DNA of 64,000 nt from an uncultured Elusimicrobia bacterium (GTDB lineage Bacteria > Elusimicrobiota > Elusimicrobia > Elusimicrobiales > UBA9959): positions 95,718 to 159,717 of the forward strand of contig CAIRNJ010000091.1 of NCBI GenBank assembly GCA_903879915.1. The letters run 5' to 3'. The number at the start of each line of letters is the position of its first letter. Position 1 is the first letter of the stretch. Under the pieces are notes generated by a model, which was given only the letters and a program-made list of their open reading frames with translations, had not been told where the DNA came from and made no database searches. Of this stretch, positions 9,951-18,686 are shown in pieces. The position numbers were made by a program, and so were the translations under genes.

Positions 9951-12893
9951 TTACTGCACGTACCAGAATTTGCCGTTGAGGGTTTTGCTGATCTTCACTT
10001 TTTCTCCGGCGCCCGCCGTCACTTCCTCGGTAACGGTGGATTTCTCCTCGTGCTTGATGCTGTTCTCGTAGTTGCGCCCGGTTATGGTCGCCTCGTAGGA
10101 GACGCGGTATTTGCCGCCGCCGGCGGGAGTTATTTTTATGTTCGCTATGACGTATTTGATGTCGTTGAAGACCGAGAAGCTGTTCCTCATCGACTCCTGC
10201 AGGTCCGAAAGGGTGGTGCCGTCGCCGGCTTCCCAGTCGTCGCTGATGAAGCTCATCACGCCCGATTCGTCGCGCGATTCATAGGCGTCCTTGAAGCCGG
10301 CGTACAGGTCCTTTATCTTCGCCACGGTCTCGGCGTCCGCTGTCTTCTGAGTTTTTGAGGCGGTCTCGGAGCCGGTCAGTTTTTCCAGCATCTCCTCGTA
10401 CAGCTGTATCTTTTCCGGTATCTTCTCCATCGCGTCGAAGAGCGGATAATATTCCTTCGGGCCGTACCGCACGTAGCTGATCCTGTCGTGGAAGGCTTTC
10501 CTCAGCTCCTGCAACTGCGCCAGCTTGCCTTTGTTGGCTTCCCAGGCCAGTTTCATTTCTTTGAGGTAAGCGGCCCCGTCCGATTCCGCGGGGTCCAGGT
10601 CCAGCTCCGCTTTTTTGTTCTTAAGCTTGAACCTGTTCGTCAGCAGCGTGGTCTCTTTGCCGGGTTTGGGGTCCATCATGTACTGGCCCAGCGCGGTCAC
10701 CACATCGGGCGCGAGGGATTTTATCTTAAGCGCGAGCGTTTCCCCTTCTATGAAGGAAGCGTAGCGCGAATTATACTCGTTCTGCAGCGCGTCCAGGCCT
10801 TTCTTTATGTCTATCTTGGGGAACTGTGCCGGCGCCGGTTCGATCTCAAGCCCCCAGCCGTCTATGGCGCAGCCGTTCCAATTGAACCCGTTGATCCCCC
10901 ACTCGCCGTTGTAAAGAGCGTCGGGAAGCGCGTTCGTGAGCTTGGTTTTCAGGACCGCGAGGTCTTTTTCGTACGCGTCCAGGACCTTCTGCAGTTTTTC
11001 GGGCGCGTCTTTTACCGTTTCCGCGTCTTTCTGGAGATTGACCGCGATCTCGTCCATAAGCGACGCTTTGACCAGGAATTTCCCCGGCTCGGAAATGGCG
11101 ATGTCGCCGCGTTCCGAGCCGAGTTTTACTCCGATGGCCGCAACGGCGTTCGGATCATACCACACTTCCGGGAAGCTGAGCTTGGCGGCATATTCGTCGC
11201 GCAGGGCGTCCTTCGCTTCGTGGGCTTTTTGCGCCAGCAGTTTGGCTTCAGCGTTCAACTGCTCATAGGTCGTCCTCAATTCGGTGTTGCGTTTCAGGGC
11301 CCGGCTGCTGGCCTGCTCTAATATAGCTTCCAGTTCCGAGCCCAGCACGTTGTGTTCCTTATATCTGTTTCTGCTGATCTTTTCCCTTGCGTCGTCGCAT
11401 TCCCTCATTCTCTGCTCAAGCTGCTTCAGCCGCTGCCTGTCGCTCTCGGTCTGATTCAATTTTTTCAAGATCTCACTGTATTCGTCGTCCGCTCTCTTAT
11501 GTTCGTTTTCAATGTTCTTGTAAACCGGGGTCAGATCATTATCTATCCCCTGGTAGACAGTATTATAGCTGGCGTTCGCCGCTTCTATCGTCTTCATGTC
11601 GTAACCCGCGGTCCCGTCCTCTTTGATGTTGTCCGTGATGGCCTGATACGCTGCCAGCGCGGGCTGGCGGTTCAGCGAAGGGTACGAAAACCCCCCGGAA
11701 GGTTTCGGTTCTTTGGCGACTACAGCGATCTTTTCGTTGGTTTCAGCCCTGTTGATCTCGCCTATGCCGCTGAGGCCGCGCTGATAGGCCGCCTTAAGCC
11801 TGGCATATACCGCGGTTTTTTCAGCCCCCATTTTGCCGCCGTTGGGGATCCAGCGCACTACGTCGCGTACGGTAGCGGTTATGTGGGACAGTTCGGCGCG
11901 TACCGTGTCCCCGCTCTGCGCTTTAATGGCCTTTTCAATGATAGGCCCCGCCTGCGAAGAATAGGTCTTTACTTCGGGCCAGGCCTTGAAAGCGCTGCCG
12001 CTTTTCGCCAGGTAGTCGTTCATGCTCATGCCCAGCGAATCCACGAATTTCTGCAGCTTCTGGAACCGCTGAATGGTAAGCACGCGCTGTTCGTCCGCTT
12101 TGGCGATGGCGTTCAGGCTGGTCATCAGCTGTACGAGGCAGCCTTTAATATAGACCTCTTCCTCCTTCAGCTTTGCCGCCTGCTGTTTGTTAATTTCCGC
12201 GGTGCCCAGTGTAAGGGAGTCCCAGAAACTCGGCTCCGGCCAGGTGAGCCCGCAGGCGTCGCTGGCATACTTCTTGTATATTTCCCTGCCGGTGCCGTTC
12301 TTTATAAGTTTCCACATCTTCTCCGAGCTTTCCGCGTTCACCGGCATGGGGTCGCCCTCGCCCAGTTTGCGGCTGCGGTTGCGCATAGTGGATTCTATCG
12401 TGGCATACAGCGTCTCAAGTTCCCTTTCATAAGTGGCTTTTGAAAGCTGCGCGTAAGATTCCCTGGTTACTTTGAAGGTCACCATTACGGCGCTCAGCGG
12501 CCAGGTGCCGGTCATCCCCAGTTTTAGAAGGTAGGCTTTTCCGGTTTCGGTGCCGGCCAGCTCGGCCAGGACCTGTGCTCCCGCCGAAAGAGCCGCTTCT
12601 CCGACTTCACCTTTGTAGAGATTGCCCGACACATCAAGGGCGGTCATGTACCAGCCCAGCCCTTTCGCCAGTATGCTCAGGTCTTTGGCCAGCTCTTTCT
12701 GAGCGTCCGGCCCGGCGTCCGCGTAATGGTCCAGCATTACGCCGTAGATCTCGGGGATGCCTTCCATGGCCAGTTTGTCCAGGAACCCTATGTCCTCTTC
12801 GGCGCTGGTGCCGCGCGGGACACAAACCAGTAATGTCAATATAATAAGGAGCCGGGAACAGTTCTTAATGGTTTTCATGGTTTTATTGGTCAT
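9951..12893 (-). CDS. Large secreted coiled-coil-rich protein with a C-terminal NTF2/SnoaL-like domain
   Basis: 980 aa with a signal-like N-terminus LLIILTLLVCVPRGTSAEE and long K/E/L/A-rich stretches. The C-terminal IKDLYAGFKDAYESRDESGVMSFISDDWEAGDG...KYRVSYEATITG follows the pattern of NTF2-like (DUF4440/SnoaL) folds. Confidence 0.6.
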   Translation of the reverse strand: MTNKTMKTIKNCSRLLIILTLLVCVPRGTSAEEDIGFLDKLAMEGIPEIYGVMLDHYADAGPDAQKELAKDLSILAKGLGWYMTALDVSGNLYKGEVGEAALSAGAQVLAELAGTETGKAYLLKLGMTGTWPLSAVMVTFKVTRESYAQLSKATYERELETLYATIESTMRNRSRKLGEGDPMPVNAESSEKMWKLIKNGTGREIYKKYASDACGLTWPEPSFWDSLTLGTAEINKQQAAKLKEEEVYIKGCLVQLMTSLNAIAKADEQRVLTIQRFQKLQKFVDSLGMSMNDYLAKSGSAFKAWPEVKTYSSQAGPIIEKAIKAQSGDTVRAELSHITATVRDVVRWIPNGGKMGAEKTAVYARLKAAYQRGLSGIGEINRAETNEKIAVVAKEPKPSGGFSYPSLNRQPALAAYQAITDNIKEDGTAGYDMKTIEAANASYNTVYQGIDNDLTPVYKNIENEHKRADDEYSEILKKLNQTESDRQRLKQLEQRMRECDDAREKISRNRYKEHNVLGSELEAILEQASSRALKRNTELRTTYEQLNAEAKLLAQKAHEAKDALRDEYAAKLSFPEVWYDPNAVAAIGVKLGSERGDIAISEPGKFLVKASLMDEIAVNLQKDAETVKDAPEKLQKVLDAYEKDLAVLKTKLTNALPDALYNGEWGINGFNWNGCAIDGWGLEIEPAPAQFPKIDIKKGLDALQNEYNSRYASFIEGETLALKIKSLAPDVVTALGQYMMDPKPGKETTLLTNRFKLKNKKAELDLDPAESDGAAYLKEMKLAWEANKGKLAQLQELRKAFHDRISYVRYGPKEYYPLFDAMEKIPEKIQLYEEMLEKLTGSETASKTQKTADAETVAKIKDLYAGFKDAYESRDESGVMSFISDDWEAGDGTTLSDLQESMRNSFSVFNDIKYVIANIKITPAGGGKYRVSYEATITGRNYENSIKHEEKSTVTEEVTAGAGEKVKISKTLNGKFWYVQ

Positions 12894-12904
12894 AGCGCAG
12901 CCTT

Positions 12905-12947
12905 AAAAAAACCTCCGGCAGGCCGCTGCCCTGTACCGGAGGTTTTT
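12905..12947 (-). terminator. Strong hairpin between operon genes (A-run/T-run flanked, bidirectional-type terminator)
   Basis: AAAAACCTCCGG...CCGGAGGTTTTT. On the minus strand it is followed by TTTTTTTAAGG immediately before the 9951..12893 start codon. Confidence 0.6.
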
Positions 12948-12972
12948 GTGCTTCTCAACCGACCCGTCAGGC

Positions 12973-14193
12973 TTAGAAATTCCGGCCGTTCGGGGAATAC
13001 TTATAGCGCAGGGTCGTTTTCGGTATCTCCAGGCTCTTTATTTCAATAGCGCCGTACGCCCCGCCCGCAAGCTTGAAAGCATAGACATGGTTTTCAGCCA
13101 TGAGAATGGAGGTGTTGTACAGGCAGGTATACCCGGCCGCCGGCGCCGCGGCCAGGTCGTCCAGGCTCATCGTGCCCATATCCTGGTACGAGACGTCAGC
13201 CCTGGTGGTCAGGTGATGGCTGTCGCCGTAGATGGCGAACTCTCCGGAGATATTGGGGTTGATGGTCGGGGGACTGGCCCAGGGCTCCTTCGTTACCAGC
13301 TCGTCCGGGAAACTGAAGCTTTCGAAGTACTTGGCCGAACTGGAATAGTCGTAGGTCATCACGATATTGGCCTGCGCCGAGCCCGTGGCCACGCCCGAGG
13401 GGTCGGAGATCCCGAAGATCAGCGGGGTTTTCATGCTGTAGATCAGCGGGCCTTTGTCGCCCAGGACGAAGACGAACTCGGTGGTGCCGGTGTCCTTGTT
13501 GGTCTTGCCGGTGCTTATCGAGGTCATCATCCTGCTGTAGTTCAGCGACACGGCTATCATCCCTTTCTCGTTGACGGAAACGTTGTTGAAGTTGAACCTG
13601 AGCTCCAGGTTGTCGTAGGCCTGGAAGTCGGTCCGCACCGCGCGGTCGAGCACGGTCTTGTCGCCGGTGAAATCCTCGCTGACGAAGGCCATGAAGCGGG
13701 AAATGCTTTCTTCCTTGTAGGTTTCCACCATGCTGTCCAGCGCTTCTTTTACTCCGTCCTTCACCGTGGTTTCGGCTATCGTCACTTCTTTATAGGTGGC
13801 GTCCACGTCGCTGGGTTTGCCGGTGGTATCTATTGCCTTCACGTAGATCTTGTACGTCGTCCCGGTCTGGGGCTTGAAGCCGTACTCGAAAGCGCCATTG
13901 TCGGAAAGCTTCGCTTTTTCCCATTTCTCTTTGCCGTCCACGCTTACCTGCACGGCGCCTATCTTGGATTTATCCGCTACGGCCTTGCCCTTTATGTTTA
14001 TCATCCCGTCGGGCAGCGTTTCTTTGTACACCGTCAGTTTGGTGCCGGTCTCGTCGAAGGCCAGGCGGTTGAGGAACAGGTGTTCCACCCGCACGGCGTC
14101 CTGCGACTTGCCGAAGATCCACCATTTCGCCGAAGCGCTGGCGGCCGACAGCGCGATTATTGAAATGAACAGTAAGGCTGTTATTTTTTTCAT
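12973..14193 (-). CDS. Secreted hypothetical protein with an NTF2-like central domain
   Basis: Signal peptide MKKITALLFISIIALSAASASA. ALDSMVETYKEESISRFMAFVSEDFTGDKTVL follows an NTF2-like pattern. The overlapping + ORF 12946..14163 is a Gly/Val/Arg-rich antisense shadow. Confidence 0.6.
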   Translation of the reverse strand: MKKITALLFISIIALSAASASAKWWIFGKSQDAVRVEHLFLNRLAFDETGTKLTVYKETLPDGMINIKGKAVADKSKIGAVQVSVDGKEKWEKAKLSDNGAFEYGFKPQTGTTYKIYVKAIDTTGKPSDVDATYKEVTIAETTVKDGVKEALDSMVETYKEESISRFMAFVSEDFTGDKTVLDRAVRTDFQAYDNLELRFNFNNVSVNEKGMIAVSLNYSRMMTSISTGKTNKDTGTTEFVFVLGDKGPLIYSMKTPLIFGISDPSGVATGSAQANIVMTYDYSSSAKYFESFSFPDELVTKEPWASPPTINPNISGEFAIYGDSHHLTTRADVSYQDMGTMSLDDLAAAPAAGYTCLYNTSILMAENHVYAFKLAGGAYGAIEIKSLEIPKTTLRYKYSPNGRNF

Positions 14194-14211
14194 AATAGTA
14201 TCCCTATTTCT

Positions 14212-15921
14212 TTAGAATTCGACGTTTACGCCGGTGGACAGGCTGGTTTCAGTAAAACTCTTGGCGGCCGTAGTGTAGCTGAGGTCGTTGACCCTGGCCT
14301 TGAAATACAGCACGCCCTGGTTCAGGTTGGCGAACAGTTTGTTCAGGAACGGGGCCTTGTAGAAGATATTGCAGTTCAGGAAGGTGCGGGTGAGGTCGTC
14401 GGCGCCGGCTTTCAGCAGCCGCTTCTGCCCCGCCTTGAAGGTGGAGGTGATCTTCTGCGAAGGGATCTCGGGGTCCAGCGCCACCGAGTACTCATAGATC
14501 TTGTCCCTGGAGTTCGACAGCTCGTTCTTGTCGGTCCAGACGCCGAGGTACAGCGCCGGCTTGAACACGAATTTGCCCATCGTCCGCCTGTCGCGCAGCG
14601 AGGTGTTCACCAGCAGTTCCTGCTCGTCCCGCACCTTGGCGTTGGTCTTGTAGATAGAGTAGCCGGCGTTGGTGTCGCTGTCCAGCCCGAAGAAGCGGTC
14701 GCGGTAATTCGCGTTTATCAGGTGGTTCACCGTGCTCGCGCCGCCGCCGTAGACGCGGTCGTATTTATAGTCAAGGTCGGCGGTGCCGTACTGGCGGTTG
14801 AACAGTTTCGCCAGCGTAACCCCTATTTCGGGCTTGTAGCTGCTGGACTGGTAGGCTTTCTGCCGGTTAAGGTCGTCCCGGAACCAGAGCATGGCGAAGT
14901 TGAAGGAAATATCCCTGTCGTATTTATACTTCCATTTCCCTTTCAGTTTTTCCCTGTCGGTGGAAGCCGAGCCGAGCAGCGTCAGGAAATAAGGCGAGAC
15001 GCGCTCGTATTCCAGGTTCACCCTGTTCTTGCCCTGCTCCATTATGAGCTCGGTCTGCTGGGCGGAGCCGTCGGCCTTGGCCGCCGCGGCGCCCTTCTGC
15101 GGCGTCAGCGAGGCGAAGCCGGCGGCCGTTTCGTTGCGCACGGTAAGCCCGGCCGCGGGCCGGTACTCGAAATCCATGGAATAGACCGAGTTCTCGTAAA
15201 CGGGGTCGGTGTCGAAGATCCGGGAATGCGCGTCGTCGGTCACGTTCAGCGCGCTCATCCCCAGCCAGAAATCCGGCGAAAGGGTCTGTTTTAGCCGGGC
15301 TCCGGCAGCGGTCCGTTTCAGGGCCTTCACTTCGCTGTCGCCGTAGAAATTATCCCAGCGCGGGTAGGCCAGGCCGTAGACCAGGGTAAGCTCCGGGGAA
15401 TCTTTTTGGGAGTCGTAATACTTATAGGAGGCGCCTTTGAGCGCGCTGTTCAGGGAATACTGCGAGAAGGATTCGAAAGTATCGCCCACGTTCAGCGTGT
15501 TGTTCCCGTCCGAGATCCTGCCCTGCAGGTTCGTGAGCAGGACCTTTTTAACGTCCAGCTGCTGGTCGTTGGTGTACCTGACGCCCAGGTTCATGCGGTA
15601 TTCGTAGCCTTTGAAAGCGCCGTTGCCGCTGAGATTGAGCGCGTCGGAATACACCCAGCCCTTCTGCAGCGAGGACTGGCTCGCGCCCTGGCCGCCTATC
15701 ATGTTATAGGTAAGGTCCAGCTCGTTGTTGGCGTGCAGCTCGAGCTTCTTGTCCGCTATCGCCGTAGTGTCCGCCGCCGCTGCCGCTTCGGGCGCCGCGG
15801 CCGCTTCCGTTTTCCCGGGCAGGGCGAAAGCCCCTCCGGTCGTGGTCAGAAAAAAAAGAAAGCTCAGCAGAGCCTTGTTCATCCGTGCCGCCCGCGCATA
15901 GTGCATCTTGCCTTTGGTCAT
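14212..15921 (-). CDS. Outer-membrane beta-barrel protein (putative)
   Basis: Alternating aromatic/polar beta-strand pattern, C-terminus ...STGVNVEF (terminal Phe), and signal peptide LLSFLFFLTTTGGAFALPG. I chose the start at M19 (ATG 15921), which has TAAGGA 6 nt upstream. The track start is 15975. Confidence 0.6.
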   Translation of the reverse strand: MTKGKMHYARAARMNKALLSFLFFLTTTGGAFALPGKTEAAAAPEAAAAADTTAIADKKLELHANNELDLTYNMIGGQGASQSSLQKGWVYSDALNLSGNGAFKGYEYRMNLGVRYTNDQQLDVKKVLLTNLQGRISDGNNTLNVGDTFESFSQYSLNSALKGASYKYYDSQKDSPELTLVYGLAYPRWDNFYGDSEVKALKRTAAGARLKQTLSPDFWLGMSALNVTDDAHSRIFDTDPVYENSVYSMDFEYRPAAGLTVRNETAAGFASLTPQKGAAAAKADGSAQQTELIMEQGKNRVNLEYERVSPYFLTLLGSASTDREKLKGKWKYKYDRDISFNFAMLWFRDDLNRQKAYQSSSYKPEIGVTLAKLFNRQYGTADLDYKYDRVYGGGASTVNHLINANYRDRFFGLDSDTNAGYSIYKTNAKVRDEQELLVNTSLRDRRTMGKFVFKPALYLGVWTDKNELSNSRDKIYEYSVALDPEIPSQKITSTFKAGQKRLLKAGADDLTRTFLNCNIFYKAPFLNKLFANLNQGVLYFKARVNDLSYTTAAKSFTETSLSTGVNVEF

Positions 15922-16032
15922 AGTATTCCTTAGCATGCGGTTTTTAAAAGACTTAACGACGTAATTGAACCCCAATCGATTCTATTGCTTTTCAAGTTCA
16001 GGTGTCAACACGGGAAAGAACGGGGACAACGG

Positions 16033-16590
16033 CTACCTGAGCCGGCCGGAATACAGGGTGCTGTAGCGGGGGGCCGAGCCGGTAAGCCGGCTTTCTATCA
16101 CCTCAACGGAGCCGATAACGCTTTGCGCTTCCAGGCCGGCGGCTTTGCGGCCCAATTCCCCGGTCAGGGCCGGCGCCAGCCGCGTTTTAACCCGCCCGAT
16201 GGTGAGATGCGGCTCGAACTTGAACTCGAACATGAACCCCTCGGCCGCCAGTGCTTCCGAAAGCTTAAGGGCCAGTTCTTTCAGCGTCCCGGGCCGCTCC
16301 TCCGCCAGGCCGAGCCACAATACGCGCGGCTTGTCCAGCGCGGGGAAAGCTCCCAGGCCGTTAAGGCGCACGGGCAGGCGCTGGAAAAGGCCGGCCGCGC
16401 GTTCTACGCCGCGGGCCGCCGCCGGCGCCATGGCTTCGGGCACTTCCCCCAGGAAAACGTAGGTAAGATGGAGGTTCTCGGGCTCCACCCACTTTACCGC
16501 CTTGCCGAAGCGCGGCGCCGCGAAAGCCTGCAGCTCCTTTACGCGCTCCGTGAGCTGCTGCGAAAAGCCGGACGCTATGAATAAACGCAT
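16033..16590 (-). CDS. thpR: RNA 2',3'-cyclic phosphodiesterase / 2'-5' RNA ligase family (2H phosphoesterase)
   Basis: Two HxT motifs are present: NLHLTYVFLG and EPHLTIGRV. The length is ~185 aa. Confidence 0.8.
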   Translation of the reverse strand: MRLFIASGFSQQLTERVKELQAFAAPRFGKAVKWVEPENLHLTYVFLGEVPEAMAPAAARGVERAAGLFQRLPVRLNGLGAFPALDKPRVLWLGLAEERPGTLKELALKLSEALAAEGFMFEFKFEPHLTIGRVKTRLAPALTGELGRKAAGLEAQSVIGSVEVIESRLTGSAPRYSTLYSGRLR

Positions 16591-16605
16591 ATTCGGCGCG
16601 GTCCC

Positions 16606-17625
16606 CTATTCCTTTTTCAGGCTGGCCTTTTTATACACCTTGCGCAGTATCAGGTAAGTGCAGCCGCCTATCACGACCATGGCCAGGATGAAAGCGGGGT
16701 AGGCTACCCGCCAGTTCGCGGGGCCGGTCATCATGCTCCATTCGGACATGCCTCCGATCCCTGCCAGCAGCGTGAGCGGCATGAAGATGGTGGTAATGAG
16801 CGTCAGGCGCCTGACGGTGATGTTGGTGCGGTTGGCTATCAGGCTCATATGGTTGTTGACCATCGAAAGGTACATTTCGGTGAGGCTCAGGATAACTTCC
16901 CTGTAGATCTCCGCCTCCTCGTAATACTTGGTAAGGTGGTCGTAGATGTCCCTGAAATTATAGATCGCCTTTTCGCTGACGAATGGGGAATCCCGCCGGC
17001 AGAGCTTTACCAGCACCTCCCGCTCGTAAAAAAGGCTTTTGCGCATCACCAGCACGTTCCTTCTCAGGTCTACGAGCCGGGACATCCGGAACCCCGGCAG
17101 GTCCTTTAAGATGCTCTCTTCCGTGTCGTCCACTTCCGACTCTATCATGTCTATGGCCCTGTGTTTGGCGTCTATCACGTGGTCCAGCAGCGCGTGCAGC
17201 AGGAAATCCGGTCCATGGCCCAGGTTCGGCGCCTCCCGCCGGAGCACCGGCGCGAGTTCCGCGTCTTCCCAGTGCGCGGCCCGGTCTCTGCCGCCTACGG
17301 TCACAAGGAAGCCGGCGCCGATAATGAAGTCTATCTCGCCGGTGGCGAAAACGCCGTCCCGGTACGAGTAGGAATTCATCAGCAGGAAAGAGGTCTTGTC
17401 GAAGTTGTCGATCTTCGGGATCTGGGCCTCGTCCAGGCAGTCCTCCACTGACAAGGGATGTATCCCCAGCAGCTGTACCAGCGGCTTAAGGTCTTCGGGC
17501 GCAGGGTCCCTGAAGTCCAGCCAGGCGTAGCCGCCGCCGGGCGCGGGCCGCGCCGCGTCTTCCGCCGACCCCATAGGGCGCAGTTCGCCCTGCGGGCTTA
17601 CCTGGTAAAATTTATGGTCTGCCAT
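16606..17625 (-). CDS. CorA-like divalent metal ion transporter
   Basis: 339 aa with a cytoplasmic N-domain plus two C-terminal TM helices, FMPLTLLAGIGGMSEW. The canonical GMN motif reads GMS here. Confidence 0.75.
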   Translation of the reverse strand: MADHKFYQVSPQGELRPMGSAEDAARPAPGGGYAWLDFRDPAPEDLKPLVQLLGIHPLSVEDCLDEAQIPKIDNFDKTSFLLMNSYSYRDGVFATGEIDFIIGAGFLVTVGGRDRAAHWEDAELAPVLRREAPNLGHGPDFLLHALLDHVIDAKHRAIDMIESEVDDTEESILKDLPGFRMSRLVDLRRNVLVMRKSLFYEREVLVKLCRRDSPFVSEKAIYNFRDIYDHLTKYYEEAEIYREVILSLTEMYLSMVNNHMSLIANRTNITVRRLTLITTIFMPLTLLAGIGGMSEWSMMTGPANWRVAYPAFILAMVVIGGCTYLILRKVYKKASLKKE

Positions 17626-17818
17626 ATCCCTCCCCGTGCCGTCATCCGCCGCCGGTCCCCAGATTTTATCAATTATAGCCGCCGGATACTTGCGCGGCCC
17701 GAGCGCCGCCCGTTATCTCCACCCGGGCCGGCGTAGGCCTTTTGGCTCTTGTGGCCTTTTCGCCCGCTATATATAGTATTAGTGCCGTGCTGCAAGGCGG
17801 CTATTTTACGGAGGTAAA

Positions 17819-18598
17819 ATGTTTTACAGGCAACCCCGGTACTTCACAGCTATGCTCCGCAGATCCCTCAGCGCTTTAATACTGGCTTCCGGCCTGTTCT
17901 CCGCGGCATATGCCGAAGAAGGCTTCTATTATCTTTCGCCTCAGGCCGTAAGCTTTAACATCCCCGCGGCCCCCGCGCCTGTCGCGGCGGCGCGGCCTGC
18001 TGCCTACCTCACCCAGGCCCAGCTGCAGATAAACGATTTTCCCGCGCCGCCGGCCGCGGGTTCGGCCGAAGATAAGGCCGACCTGGCGGCGGTGCTGCAG
18101 TGGCAGAAAGTCCGCACGCAGGACCAGTGCGACGCGGCCCTGGCGCAGTCGGACGAAAGTTTTATCTCGTTCTTCAGCTCGGTCACCCCGTTCCAGAAGC
18201 CGCTGCCGGCCGCGGTGGCGACTTTCTTCAAACGCGTAGGGGCTAACGCTACCGACGCCAACCAATACATAAAAAAAATATACAAGCGCGACCGCCCTTT
18301 CCTGCGCTCGGCGGCGCTGAACCCCTGCCTGGGCCGCGCGCAGGGTTTCTCCTACCCCAGCGGGCACGCCGGCATGTCCCATCTGTTCGGGCTTGTACTT
18401 TCGGACCTGCTGCCGCGGCAGGGCGCTATTTTTATGCGCGAGGCCGACCAGGCCGCGCTCAACCGCGTGATAGGCGGCGTGCACCACCCCTCGGACGTGG
18501 AAGCCGGCAAGAAACTGGGCGACAGGCTGTATAAAGAGCTGCTTAAGAACCCGGTTTTTGTTTCCGACATGCAGGGGCTGTCCGCTTATTTCCGCTGA
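17819..18598 (+). CDS. Class A acid phosphatase / PAP2 family, secreted
   Basis: KRDRPF, YPSGHAG and RVIGGVHHPSDVEAG match KX6RP-PSGH-SRX5HX3D. A signal peptide and a GGAGG Shine-Dalgarno are present. Confidence 0.85.
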   Translation: MFYRQPRYFTAMLRRSLSALILASGLFSAAYAEEGFYYLSPQAVSFNIPAAPAPVAAARPAAYLTQAQLQINDFPAPPAAGSAEDKADLAAVLQWQKVRTQDQCDAALAQSDESFISFFSSVTPFQKPLPAAVATFFKRVGANATDANQYIKKIYKRDRPFLRSAALNPCLGRAQGFSYPSGHAGMSHLFGLVLSDLLPRQGAIFMREADQAALNRVIGGVHHPSDVEAGKKLGDRLYKELLKNPVFVSDMQGLSAYFR

Positions 18599-18624
18599 TA
18601 GCCTGACCTGAACTATAAATAGAA

Positions 18625-18660
18625 CAGGCGCCCCGCTTTTGGCGGGGCGCCTGGTTTTTT
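18625..18660 (+). terminator. Rho-independent terminator
   Basis: CAGGCGCCCCGC-ttttg-GCGGGGCGCCTG followed by GTTTTTT. Confidence 0.8.
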
Positions 18661-18686
18661 CGCTGTCTTAAGTCCTGCGGAACAGG

